64,000 nt of DNA from Yuukianura sp. NJ FZ-2021 (taxonomy: Eukaryota): positions 62,001 to 126,000 of the forward strand of contig JAJCTO010000011.1 of the NCBI GenBank assembly GCA_046563655.1, given 5' to 3'. Below, piece after piece: positions 12,001-21,552 of this stretch; the stretch's first letter is position 1; each line of letters opens with the position of its first letter. The position numbers and the translations under genes were made by a program. Below the pieces are notes generated by a model. That model did not search any database. It saw only the letters and a program-made list of their open reading frames with translations, and was not told where the DNA came from.

Positions 12001-15000
12001 ATGAACAGAAAGTAAATTACATTTTTGAAATCCTCATAAAAAGTGCAACAGGAACCCACTTTCACTTGCTGTGTCGTCTATCATCTTGTTACCTTTATTT
12101 ATGAAAATTCATGTTTCAAAACAAAAAATTCAAAAGAAATGCATTCCGGAACGATGCTGGGTAAAAGCCAACTATATTTTTGAAATCCTCATAAAAAGTG
12201 CTACAGGAACCCACTTTCACTTGCTGTGGCGTCCATCATCTTGTTACCTTTATTATGAAAATCCATGTTTCAAAACAAAAAATTCAAAAGAAATGCATTC
12301 CGGAACAATGCTGGGTAAAAGTCAACTATATTTTTGGAATCCTCATAAAAAGTGCTACAGGAACCCACGTTCAGTTGCTGTGTCGTCCCTCATCTCGTGA
12401 CCCTTTTTTTATGAAAATTTGTTTCAAAACAAATCAATCGAAAAACCTCCACGCGAAGCGATGCCGGGCGAAAATGAGTTACTTTTCTGAAATCCTGCTG
12501 AAAAGTACTACAGGAACCAAAGTTTAATTGGCGTGGATAGATTGCAATTAAATCTGGTTAGAGCGTACTTAAAAGTCTGAATGAAACGCTCAACTTCGGA
12601 TTTTATCTCGGGTTGGAATACGGCACCCAGGGCAATGTCGAGCACCATTTTGACACAAAACGACTTAAATTTGTGAGAGTGAACATGCAAATGTGAGAAT
12701 GAACAGAAAGTAAATTACATTTTTGAAATCCTCATAAAAAGTGCTACAGGAACCCACTTTCACTTGCTGTGTCGTCCATCATCTTGTTACCTTTATTTAT
12801 GAAAATTCATGTTTCAAAACAAAAAATTCAAAAGAAATGCATTCCGGAACGATGCTGGGTAAAAGTCAACTATACTTTTGAAATCCTCATAAAAAGTGCT
12901 ACAGGAACCCACTTTCACTTGCTGTGTCGTCCATCACCTTGTTACCTTTATTTATGAAAATCCATGTTTCAAAACAAAGAATTCAAAAGAAATGCATTCC
13001 GGAACGATGCTTGGGTAAAAGTCAACTATATTTTTGGAATCCTCATAAAAAGTGCTACAGGAACCCACGTTCAGTTGCTGTGTCGTCCCTCATCTCGTGA
13101 CCCTTTTTTTATGAAAATTTGTTTCAAAACAAATCAATCGAAAAACCTCCACGCGGAGCGATGCCGGGCAAAAATGAGTTACTTTTCTGAAATCCTCCTG
13201 AAAAGTACTACAGGAACCAAAGTTTAATTGGCGTGGATAGATCGCAATTAAATCTGGTTAGAGCGTACTTAAAAGTCTGAATGAACCGCTCAACCTCGGA
13301 TTTTATCTCGGGTTGGAATACGGCACCCAGGGCAATGTCGAGCACCATTTTGACACAAAACGACTTAAATTTGTGAGAGTGAACAAGCAAATGTGAGAAT
13401 GAACAGAAAGTAAATTACATTTTTGAAATCCTCATAAAAAGTGCAACAGGAACCCACTTTCACTTGCTGTGTCGTCTATCATCTTGTTACCTTTATTTAT
13501 GAAAATTCATGTTTCAAAACAAAAAATTCAAAAGAAATACATTCCAGAACGATGCTGGGTAAAAGTCAACTATATTATTGAAATCCTCATAAAAGGTGCT
13601 ACAGGAACCCACTTTCATTTGCTGTGTCGTCCATCACCTTGTTACCTTTATTTATGAAAATCCATGTTTCAAAACAAAGAATTCAAAAGAAATGCATTCC
13701 GGAACGATGCTTGGGTAAAAGTCAACTATATTTTTGGAATCCTCATAAAAAGTGCTACAGGAACCCACGTTCAGTTGCTGTGTCGTCCCTCATCTCGTGA
13801 CCCTTTTTTTATGAAAATTTGTTTCAAAACAAATCAATCGAAAAACCTCCACGCGGAGCGATGCCGGGCAAAAATGAGTTACTTTTCTGAAATCCTCCTG
13901 AAAAGTACTACAGGAACCAAAGTTTAATTGGCGTGGATAGATCGCAATTAAATCTGGTTAGAGCGTACTTAAAAGTCTGAATGAACCGCTCAACCTCGGA
14001 TTTTATCTCGGGTTGGAATACGGCACCCAGGGCAATGTCGAGCACCATTTTGACACAAAACGACTTAAATTTGTGAGAGTGAACAAGCAAATGTGAGAAT
14101 GAACAGAAAGTAAATTACATTTTTGAAATCCTCATAAAAAGTGCAACAGGAACCCACTTTCACTTGCTGTGTCGTCTATCATCTTGTTACCTTTATTTAT
14201 GAAAATTCATGTTTCAAAAGAAAAAATTCAAAAGAAATGCATTCCGGAACGATGCTGGGTAAAAGCCAACTATATTTTTGAAATCCTCATAAAAAGTGCT
14301 ACAGGAACCCACTTTCACTTGCTGTGGCGTCCATCATCTTGTTACCTTTATTATGAAAATCCATGTTTCAAAACAAAAAATTCAAAAGAAATGCATTCCG
14401 GAACAATGCTGGGTAAAAGTCAACTATATTTTTGGAATCCTCATAAAAAGTGCTACAGGAACCCACGTTCAGTTGCTGTGTCGTCCCTCATCTCGTGACC
14501 CTTTTTTTATGAAAATTTGTTTCAAAACAAATCAATTGAAAAACCGCCACGAGGAGCGATGACGGGCGAAAATGAGTAACTTTTCTGAAATCCTCCTGAA
14601 AAGTACTACAGGTACGCACGTTCAGTTGCTGTGTCGTCCCTCATCTCGTTACCCTTTATTTATGAAAATTTGTGTCGAAACAAATCATTCAAAAAAACCT
14701 CCACGCGGAGCGATGCCGGGTGAAAATGAGTAACTTTTCTGAAATCCTCCTGAAAAGTACTACAGGAACCCAAGTTTAATTGGCGTGGATAGATTGCAAT
14801 TAAATCTGGTTAGAGCGTACTTAAAAGTCTGAATGAAACGCTCAACTTCGGATTTTATCTCGGGTTGGAATACGGCACCCAGGGCAATGTCGAGCACCAT
14901 TTTGATACAAAACGACTTAAATTTGTGAGAGTGAACATGCAAATGTGAGAATGAACAGAAAGTAAATTACATTTTTGAAATCCTCATAAAAAGTGCTACA

Positions 15001-15369
15001 GGAACCCACTTTCACTTGCTGTGTCGTCCATCATCTTGTTACCTTTATTTATGAAAATCCATGTTTCAAAACAAAGAATTCAAAAGAAATGCATTCCGGA
15101 ACGATGCTGGGTAAAAGTCAACTATATTTTTGAAATCCTCATAAAAAGTGCTACAGGAACCCACTTTCACTTGCTGTGTCGTCCATCATCTTGTTACCTT
15201 TATTTATGAAAATCCATGTTTCAAAACAAAGAATTCAAAAGAAATGCATTCCGGAACGATGCTTAGGTAAAAGTCAACTATATTTTTGGAATCCTCATAA
15301 AAAGTGCTACAGGAACCCACGTTCAGTTGCTGTGTCGTCCCTCATCTCGTGACCCTTTTTTTATGAAAA
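1..15369 (+). repeat. Composite satellite array, left arm (monomers A ~155 bp, B/B' ~153-154 bp, C 236 bp; higher-order units ~544/700/852 bp)
   Basis: Monomer starts at the shared motif ...ctacaGGAACC fall at 142 (B, 153 bp), 295 (C, 236 bp), 531 (A, 155 bp) and 686. C-to-C spacings are 700, 544, 700, 700, 852, 544 and so on. The array ends part-way through a B monomer at ...ttatgaaaa|ggacg (15369/15370). Confidence 0.98.
4736..4829. mobile_element. 94-bp non-autonomous DNA transposon (MITE), Transib-like, inserted in a satellite monomer
   Basis: 34-bp TIRs with 1 mismatch (CACGTTGGGAAATAGGAGAGAAAAAGGCGACAAG 4736-4769; inverse 4796-4829). The 5-bp direct repeat CCACG lies at 4731-4735 and 4830-4834. 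The empty site ggaacCCACGttcagt is present in other B monomers. Confidence 0.9.
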
Positions 15370-15417
15370 GGACGTTTTCGATTATTACGGGTAAATTGGG
15401 CCCTCTTGAATCTGGGG

Positions 15418-15512
15418 AAGGACTACTGGCCACATCACAAAAATTTCACAGTAGATCAACCATGGCCTTAGCAAGTAAGGGCCGAAATTTCGTGATGTGG
15501 CCAGGAGTCCTT
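15418..15512. mobile_element. Short inverted-repeat element (MITE-like), ~29-bp arms
   Basis: aaggactactggccacatcacaaaaatttc ... gaaatttcgtgatgtggccaggagtcctt. The arms are near-perfect reverse complements. No clear TSD. Confidence 0.6.
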
Positions 15513-15650
15513 GTATATGAATTTGGCCATTGCCTCTTGGCACTTTCACCGCAAAAGTTGCACTTTCGCTAAAAATCTTAAGAAATGCCTAGTCAACGTT
15601 TGTTGCTTTGTATATTTTATGTTGAAATAACAAACTGAAGTCGCCAAAGT

Positions 15651-16190
15651 TTGGAATTGTACTGCACGCAAAACCGAAAAGTGGAATTTGTGCAGGAGAA
15701 AGACCAAAAAGTGTTATTTGTGCAGGAGAAAAACCAAAAGTGTTATTTGTGCAGCATAAAAACTGAAAAGCGGTCAATTGTGCATCTCTTAAAACTAAAT
15801 AATTTGAAATTGTGCAACATCAGAAACTAAAAACATTGCACTTTATACAATATAAAAACGCAAAAGTATGCAGGTGCATCATGCCGATAACCGAAAAGGA
15901 GGGACGATTCGTGTTAAAAATAGAAAAGGTTTAAAGTTTGCAGTGCACAAATTCAAAAATTTGAAATTGTGCAATGTCCAAAACTGGAAACCTGCGAATT
16001 GTTCAGTCCGTCAACCAAAAGTTTAAGTGTGCAGCTTAAAAAAACCTAAAAGTGGTACTTGTGCAATATAACAACCCGAAATGTGGTACATGGTGCAATG
16101 TAAAAACCCGAAAAGTGGAATATGTGCAATGTAAAAACCCGAAAAATGGAATTTGTGCAACTCAAAACCCAGAAGGTGGTAATTGCGCAA
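15651..16190 (+). repeat. Degenerate ~30-31-bp minisatellite (approximate consensus GTGCAnnnnAAAACCnAAAAGTGGnATTT)
   Basis: GTGCA recurs every ~30 bp, e.g. gtgcaggagaaagaccaaaaagtgttattt, gtgcaggagaaaaaccaaaagtgttattt, gtgcaatgtaaaaacccgaaaagtggaatat, gtgcaatgtaaaaacccgaaaaatggaattt. Confidence 0.8.
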
Positions 16191-16278
16191 TTTAGAAATA
16201 CAAAATTTTTAATTTACACATGGCCCAATGCAAATCAATGCTTTTGCATTCAGTTTTGGCCCAGAGATCGAAACTGTC

Positions 16279-16445
16279 CTTTAGGAAACAACTTGATCTA
16301 GTACCCTGTCGGAGAAAAATTACACAATTTTAGTTCTAACCTTGAAAAAAATTAACCCAAACATCCCACCTCCATATTTACATAGACAGAACTAAAATTT
16401 TGTAGTTTTCTCCGACAGGGTACTAGATCAAGTCTTTTCCTAAAG
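16279..16445. repeat. Inverted repeat with ~58-bp arms and ~50-bp spacer (MITE-like)
   Basis: ctttaggaaacaacttgatctagtaccctgtcggagaaaaattacacaattttagttct (16279-16337) pairs with agaactaaaattttgtagttttctccgacagggtactagatcaagtcttttcctaaag (16388-16445). Confidence 0.8.
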
Positions 16446-16920
16446 TTTGATATATTGTGGGTCACTGTACGACATTCCTACGCTGACCTAGACCATTTCA
16501 ATGTCACAGTTTCACAAAAGTTTTTTACAATACCCAAACGACGGCAACCGAACTTTAGTCAGTATTTCGTTTGAAAGTGCCCACTTTTTTTATCTACTTT
16601 GCACTGAACGTTTTTCGCCACTTTCGAGTGTGTTTCTTTTTGTCGATGTCTGCAACTTTTACTAACTGCACAAGTTCGGTTATCGTGGTTACTAAATTTA
16701 ACGACAATTGTTTATTAGACGCATAACACACGTCCTTAACTCGACATTTCGGCTGATTAGAAAACTTTACGTAACTCCGTAACACCGCTTCCTTCCTCCA
16801 CTTTTTATTCCTTACTTCAACCAATTCAATTTCAAAGTTTCTTCGATTTTTGAAAAAAATTGAGACTAGCAGTATTTTGTTCAATTTTTTTTTTAAAATG
16901 CACCAACTTTATTTGGTTGT

Positions 16921-17680
16921 CATCTGCGCCTAACCAAAGTGCGCCTCTCCAATATGCGCCTCTCAATATGCGCCTAAAAAATGTGCGCCTCCATCCAAAG
17001 TGCGCCTACAGCCAAAGTGCGCCTCCATCAATATGCGCCTAAAAAATGTGCGCCTCCATCCAAAGTGCGCCTACAGCCAAAGTGCGCCTCCAATCAAACA
17101 GTGCCCTCAGATCCAATTAAAAACCAATAATAACACTAACGAAACCTCAGCAGAAACCCTCCAGAAGTAATCAGTATTTCGAACTTTAAACAAACGTAAC
17201 TTACCCAATCTAAACCCTGGAGACGTAATCAGTATTGCGAATTTAAAAACCTAACACCGCGCCTTCGGCGCGGAAACTCCTGGATTGTGGATAACTACCC
17301 TTGTTGGACAACTCCAACTTGTAATTGAATTAAACCAAATATACGCTGAATCTATACTTTTCCGTTCCCGTGCCATTCTACGCAAAAACTTTGTGGTAGG
17401 CCACCATAGCAACGTCGTGAATTAGCGAAAGCGCTAAATAAAAAATAGAACAGGAAGGCCTACGACAAAGCTTTTGCATGGAATGGCACGGGAACGGAAA
17501 AGTATAGATTCAGCGATACCTGGTATTTAATTGGAGCTGGAGGCGCATTTTGGCTTGGGGCGCATCTTGGATGGAGGAGCATATTTTCAAAGCGCATATT
17601 GATGGAGGCCCATTTTGGCTGGAGGCGCACTTTGGATGGAGGCGCATATTGGAGAGGCGCACTTTGGTTAGGCGCTGATG
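16921..17680. mobile_element. Foldback-type non-autonomous element with long modular TIRs made of ~15-17-bp TGCGCCT sub-repeats
   Basis: Left arm catctgcgcctaaccaaagtgcgcctctccaatatgcgcc... (~11 TGCGCCT cores) is mirrored by the right arm ...ggcgcatattggagaggcgcactttggttaggcgctgatg. The inner ends also match (tccaattaaaaacca / tggtatttaattgga). Both flanks contain (G)GTTG, a possible TSD. Confidence 0.85.
17344..17515. mobile_element. MITE nested in the foldback element; 59-bp TIRs, 3-bp ATA TSD
   Basis: cgctgaatctatacttttccgttcccgtgccattctacgcaaaaactttgtggtaggcc versus the inverse of ggcctacgacaaagcttttgcatggaatggcacgggaacggaaaagtatagattcagcg (4 mismatches). ATA at 17341-17343 and 17516-17518. 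Confidence 0.88.
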
Positions 17681-17840
17681 GGTTGCTGTTGCTACTTGCT
17701 ACGCTTTATTTTGTGCTTTTGAACATCTTAAGGTGAATGCTACTTTTTAACAATAGAAAAAGTTCTCCGAGTCGAGCTATGTTCAGGTTTGAACAAATCA
17801 GCGATCTGAAGTTGGAAAGTGAATATAAATAAAACAAAAA

Positions 17841-18340
17841 TTAATTTCTGGAGATTTTCTCCAGAAATTTGTGGAGAGTGGATTCGATTCGATTGTACTT
17901 TGACTCCATTTCGTCAGTGGAGCTGGGATCTGTTGTGGTATAAGTTGAGGCTGTGGAACAGTCGCTAAACTTCCGACTTAGGTCGAATGTTCCAGAGGTG
18001 ACTGTGATTGTGCTGGAGCGAACTCTCCTATTGTCCACCGAAGATCTCTTTCTGTGACCACAAATGTGGGAGAGCGTACACAACTGGAAGCAGAAGAGCA
18101 CATGCGCAAAGCGTCAACCGATTTCCAAACGACGGACAAAACTTGCTTCTCTGACTTCCTATCTCCAGCGCATCTTGTTCTGAAACAGGTGAAAATGCTA
18201 ATAATGATTTTTTTTTTATAAAAACTTACTATCATCTACGTAAGGAGAGATGTCTGTCCGGGGCTGGCTAAAGGTCGGATTTGTCTGACTCCTCTGATTT
18301 CTTTGAGTGGGTGCACGCAGACTGAGACTGAGTTGCTATT
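17841..18340 (-). pseudogene. Possible degraded spliced gene fragment (one 50-nt GT-AG intron), product unknown
   Basis: Minus strand 18229-18180 reads GTAAGTTTT...TTTTCACCTGTTTCAG: strong donor, AT-rich body, pyrimidine tract and CAG, flanked by more GC-rich sequence. No continuous recognisable ORF. Confidence 0.3.
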
Positions 18341-18358
18341 TCTATCCTATTAGTTCGA

Positions 18359-18392
18359 GCGCCGCCGGTAGGCGGCGCCACGGATTGCCTAG
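18359..18392 (+). mobile_element. Helitron-type 3' terminus (GC hairpin + CTAG)
   Basis: GCGCCGCC-GGTA-GGCGGCGC perfect 8-bp stem at 18359-18378, a 10-nt spacer, then CTAG (18389-18392) followed by T. This is the canonical Helitron 3' end geometry. The 5' TC end was not located. Confidence 0.7.
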
Positions 18393-19102
18393 TTTGATAT
18401 AATGCGATGGATTTACCGCGCTGGCGCTCTAGGAGCAACGATAGCTTTTTGAATTACCCCTTTAGCTGCCTGCATGTGTTTGGCTTGCAAGTGAAAATGA
18501 TGAAGATCCAGAGACCTGGCAAGGCATTTATGATATCAAACGGAATGAAGGTGTCTTATAGCGGTTTATTTGAACTGTAAACTTCCACAATCCAGCTGAT
18601 GATCTGGAAAATCATAATACGCCCGTTACAATGAAAATCGTCATGAAGAGCACAAACCTAAAAAAATCAAATCAGAATTGGTATCGAACTAATTACAAGT
18701 GCAGAATGTTGCTTGATACTGCAATTCCTGGTAGTATTTTGGTTGAAATTTTTCAAGTGTAGCGCGCGCTAGTAGGTCTGTTGAGCCTACTTCTAGTCGC
18801 CTCTCTGTGCAACAACCCCGCAGTCCCTGTGACCGAAACTGAGATTTCCTCTACAGGGAAATCTGCAGTTCAGGTCAACTCTTCTCTTCAGGAAGATTTG
18901 ACCTGAGGTCAACAATGCTAGGTTCTCCTGTTGAGCCAACATCAACTGAGAAATGAAATGGTCGTGACAACAACAGTGAACTAATGGAATAGACTTTTAT
19001 TTAGGTGTTCACTTGTTGAAGGTTGGGAAGAGACTCCCGTACAGAAAATATGAAAAGAATAATGTTTCTGTAACCTGTGCTAGAACATAAACTCCTACTC
19101 CT

Positions 19103-19384
19103 CTACCTATCCCTACCTACTCGGTTTAGGCCGGAGTTCCGAATCCGTCCGTCGTCGGTCCCTCTCAGCTTCATATTGCGCCCGGGAAATACGCCTCCAT
19201 CAGCGCCATCCTCATGCGCGGTCCTCCGACCTCGACAAGCGGACAAAATCTTCGTCTTCTTCTCGCCTCGTTTCCACTCGACACGTCTGGAATTCCTGGA
19301 TGAGCATGCAGAATTCCTAGATGAACGTGCAGAATTCTCAGATGATCGTTTTTTCTTAATTTTCTCCCGTCTTTTCACGTTCAT
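19103..19384 (-). CDS. Putative 93-aa basic Arg/Lys/Ser-rich protein (MNVKRREKIKKKRSSENSARSSRNSACSSRNSRR...)
   Basis: ATG in aaaATG context. TATATAAA lies 44 nt upstream, with an Inr-like GCATTT 30 nt downstream of the TATA, and AATAAA lies ~100 nt after the stop (18996-19001, minus strand). About 30% K+R. No recognised homolog. Confidence 0.35.
   Translation of the reverse strand: MNVKRREKIKKKRSSENSARSSRNSACSSRNSRRVEWKRGEKKTKILSACRGRRTAHEDGADGGVFPGRNMKLRGTDDGRIRNSGLNRVGRDR
19290..19346 (+). repeat. 21-bp tandem repeat x~3
   Basis: gaattcctggatgagcatgca / gaattcctagatgaacgtgca / gaattctcagatgat. It encodes the 7-aa SS(R/E)NSA(R/C) repeat on the minus strand. Confidence 0.8.
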
Positions 19385-19394
19385 TTTATGAGTC

Positions 19395-19428
19395 AAATGC
19401 GTTCTTTTTTCTGGATGTTTTTTATATA
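19395..19428 (-). promoter_or_regulatory. TATA box + initiator-like core promoter
   Basis: Minus-strand TATATAAA at 19428-19421. GCATTT has its A at 19398, 30 nt from the first T of the TATA box, the canonical TATA-Inr spacing. Confidence 0.45.
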
Positions 19429-19896
19429 GCACGGGTAATGAGAATTGGGTTAGCATGTGTATGTTTATTGGGGGGAGCAGTCACCTATAATTAGGTGACT
19501 GACTCACGCTGAGCATACGCTTATGGTATATTTCAGACCTAACCCTTTAGAAACAGCGTTATTTTTTGTCCTTTATGAGCAAATACACATTATGGTAATC
19601 TGAATGCTATCATCCTACGGAGGTCGTCCGTATCCCGATAAGCAAATCAGATTGAATGAGTATTTTTTGCTTAATGGACTGCTTCAAGGAGTAGTGACCG
19701 GCAACCACCACCCTTCCCCCCCCCCCTAGTTGGCCAAGGCCACCCCCCACCTTCCTTCCGTCGGATACCCCATCCTCAGTATTCTCCCCTCCCCCTGTCA
19801 CTATGCCCCCTCCCCCCCTGACTGGCTCTTCCTACACACAAGTATGAGATTAATAACTCAAACGTTTACCCCAGACTCGGCCTGCCCCCCAGAATG

Positions 19897-20662
19897 TCAA
19901 GGTCGCGCCAATCCTTTAACCCCCCAAGGTCACGGCACATGTAATAGGGAAATGAACTTTCACCGGGATCCCGACATTGCCTTTATCAACACCTCCCCTT
20001 CGAGGTCACACGATTCCCTGCACCCCATTCTCAAGGTCACGTTTGGGAGAAAAGCTTTCACTACATGACTTGAACTTGACCCATCTCAAGGTCCCGTGAG
20101 CAAATGAAAAACAGTAGCTTTACCAAATGACTTTCACTTACCCCGAGATCAAGGAAGCAATTTTGAGGGTGCAGTGTAAACTCAAATGCAACCATTGGAC
20201 ATGCGCCCGTTATAGAACAACACTATACATGGTCGTAGCATATAAAAGTAAATGCAAATTCAAAATGTGACACTTGTATTGTGGGAATTGGTGGTAGGTG
20301 CATTTTCCGCGTTCCCTTCGCTTCCGTCACGCGTCCCTTTCTCCACGCACTGCTTTCTCTGACCAACAGACAATACCCCCACATTACCACATGATTACAC
20401 ATGTACACATTACACATAACACATGATTTTTTTTTTTTAAAAAAAATCAATTTTTGAAAAAAAAATCAATTTTTGAAAAAAAAAAGAATTTTTTCTGCCA
20501 CTTCCATTAGCTGTGGTTTTGATAACTGGGAAAGCCAAGAAGGGTGGGCGGGACAACTCAAATAGGTCAAAGGTCAAATATCCGAGTGACACTACGCCGG
20601 GGGGCGTGGCAAGCCTCAGTCTTTGGCCAGTCAGTCTTTAGCATTTCAATGGGGGGCGTGGC
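19897..20662 (+). promoter_or_regulatory. Cluster of nuclear-receptor half-sites (YCAAGGTCR, perfect DR1 AGGTCAaAGGTCA) and GC boxes
   Basis: tcaaggtcg 19897, ccaaggtca 19924, cgaggtca 20001, tcaaggtca 20031, tcaaggtcc 20086, aggtcaaaggtca 20564-20576. GC boxes: ggggggcgtggc at ~20599 and ~20651, gggcggg at ~20546. Confidence 0.45.
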
Positions 20663-20672
20663 CAAAGGAAAT

Positions 20673-21109
20673 TGTTAGGATGGCAATAATTTAGAAGTTA
20701 GATTAGACTATGTTAAATTTCTGTTCTAGAGTTTTTCTTTTAAAGGTAAAAATTAGACGATAAATTAGGGCCACCGACCATTAGGTTAAGAAATATTTGT
20801 TAACAGTATTGGAACAATAGGTTCAGCTTAGTTTTCTGCTCTTGTCAATTTGAGACATAATTTGAGTGGGAAACCAAAAAGTCGTCCGCGTCCTGTGTGA
20901 GTGTGTGTGGCGTGGTTCCTTTGTTTTTTAGTAATAATAAGAAGTAAGGTTTTAGAGCTAGGAGAGAATAGGTGTGGGAAGTATTGTCCTCTTAGCATTT
21001 AATTGAATAGAAGAATAAATTAACAAGAAATCAACCCTTTTTCGATCACGTCCTTCCAAATTCAGTGTTCCGGTAGTCAACGGGTAGTCGACTACGACCG
21101 AGCCTAACA
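20673..21109 (+). repeat. 5' LTR (437 bp)
   Basis: Bounded by the perfect 7-bp inverted termini TGTTAGG...CCTAACA. AATAAA at 21014-21019. Immediately followed by a PBS. Confidence 0.85.
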
Positions 21110-21112
21110 TTT

Positions 21113-21131
21113 TGGTGACCCTGGCCGGACT
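21113..21131 (+). promoter_or_regulatory. Primer-binding site TGGTGACCCTGGCCGGACT
   Basis: Begins with TGG 3 nt after the LTR end. The reverse complement AGT-CCGGC-CAGGGTC-A-CCA has the layout of a tRNA 3' end (T-loop, T-stem, acceptor strand, discriminator, CCA). Confidence 0.75.
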
Positions 21132-21342
21132 GCAGTGTTCGAGAAAGGTCAAGAAGGAAGTACTGGACGATTCATCCGTGCCGTGTGGAGGAACTAGTAT
21201 CAATTGATTTACGTCCTGCCACTTTGTGGGCCCCACCCTGAGCATTCGGGGGTGGATAAGGTGAAAACGTTCCAGCTTAAGCTTAATTTGAATCGAATTA
21301 ATCGGATTTTTCCGTTCTCTTGAGTCTTCCAACAGCTGATAA

Positions 21343-21552
21343 ATGGATCGAGTCAAGAAAGAAAGAAAGGTGGTTCGTAGCACGGTCACGAAGATCACGA
21401 ATGAAGTGGATCGAGAACTAGCCAAGGACGAGGTTAGCACAACCATCCTTCAAGCGAAGTTCACCCGGCTGGATCAACTTCATCATGACATTCAACGTTT
21501 GGATCGTGAAGTGCTGTATGGTCTGCTGGATAGTGAAGCGGATGACGAGACG
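21343..21552 (+). pseudogene. gag: Truncated gag N-terminus (BEL/Pao-like), 70 codons
   Basis: MDRVKKERKVVRSTVTKITNEVDRELAKDEVSTTILQAKFTRLDQLHHDIQRLDREVLYGLLDSEADDET is the helical basic-then-acidic N-terminus typical of BEL/Pao Gag, and it lies downstream of the LTR/PBS. The remainder of the called ORF is satellite read-through. Confidence 0.75.

Larger units (their letters stand above)
20673..21552 (+). mobile_element. 5' part of a BEL/Pao-type LTR retrotransposon, truncated by the satellite
   Basis: LTR, PBS, leader and gag N-terminus occur in the expected order. No pol and no 3' LTR in the window. Confidence 0.85.

Noticed and set aside
16594..16884. 96-aa minus-strand ORF and other island ORFs (19077+, 19730+, 20958-)
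   Set aside because: No recognisable motifs. They overlap low-complexity, LTR or antisense-gag sequence.
17344..17515. Host assignment to Daphnia from recalled similarity of this MITE
   Set aside because: Based on memory only and cannot be verified without a database search.
18760..18796. Palindrome TAGCGCGCGCTA and a weak hairpin before a CTAG, as a second Helitron end
   Set aside because: The stem is imperfect and its spacing to CTAG is not canonical.
15370..21552. The island as one single inserted element
   Set aside because: There are no matching termini or TSD, and the flanking satellite is in opposite orientations and different phases.
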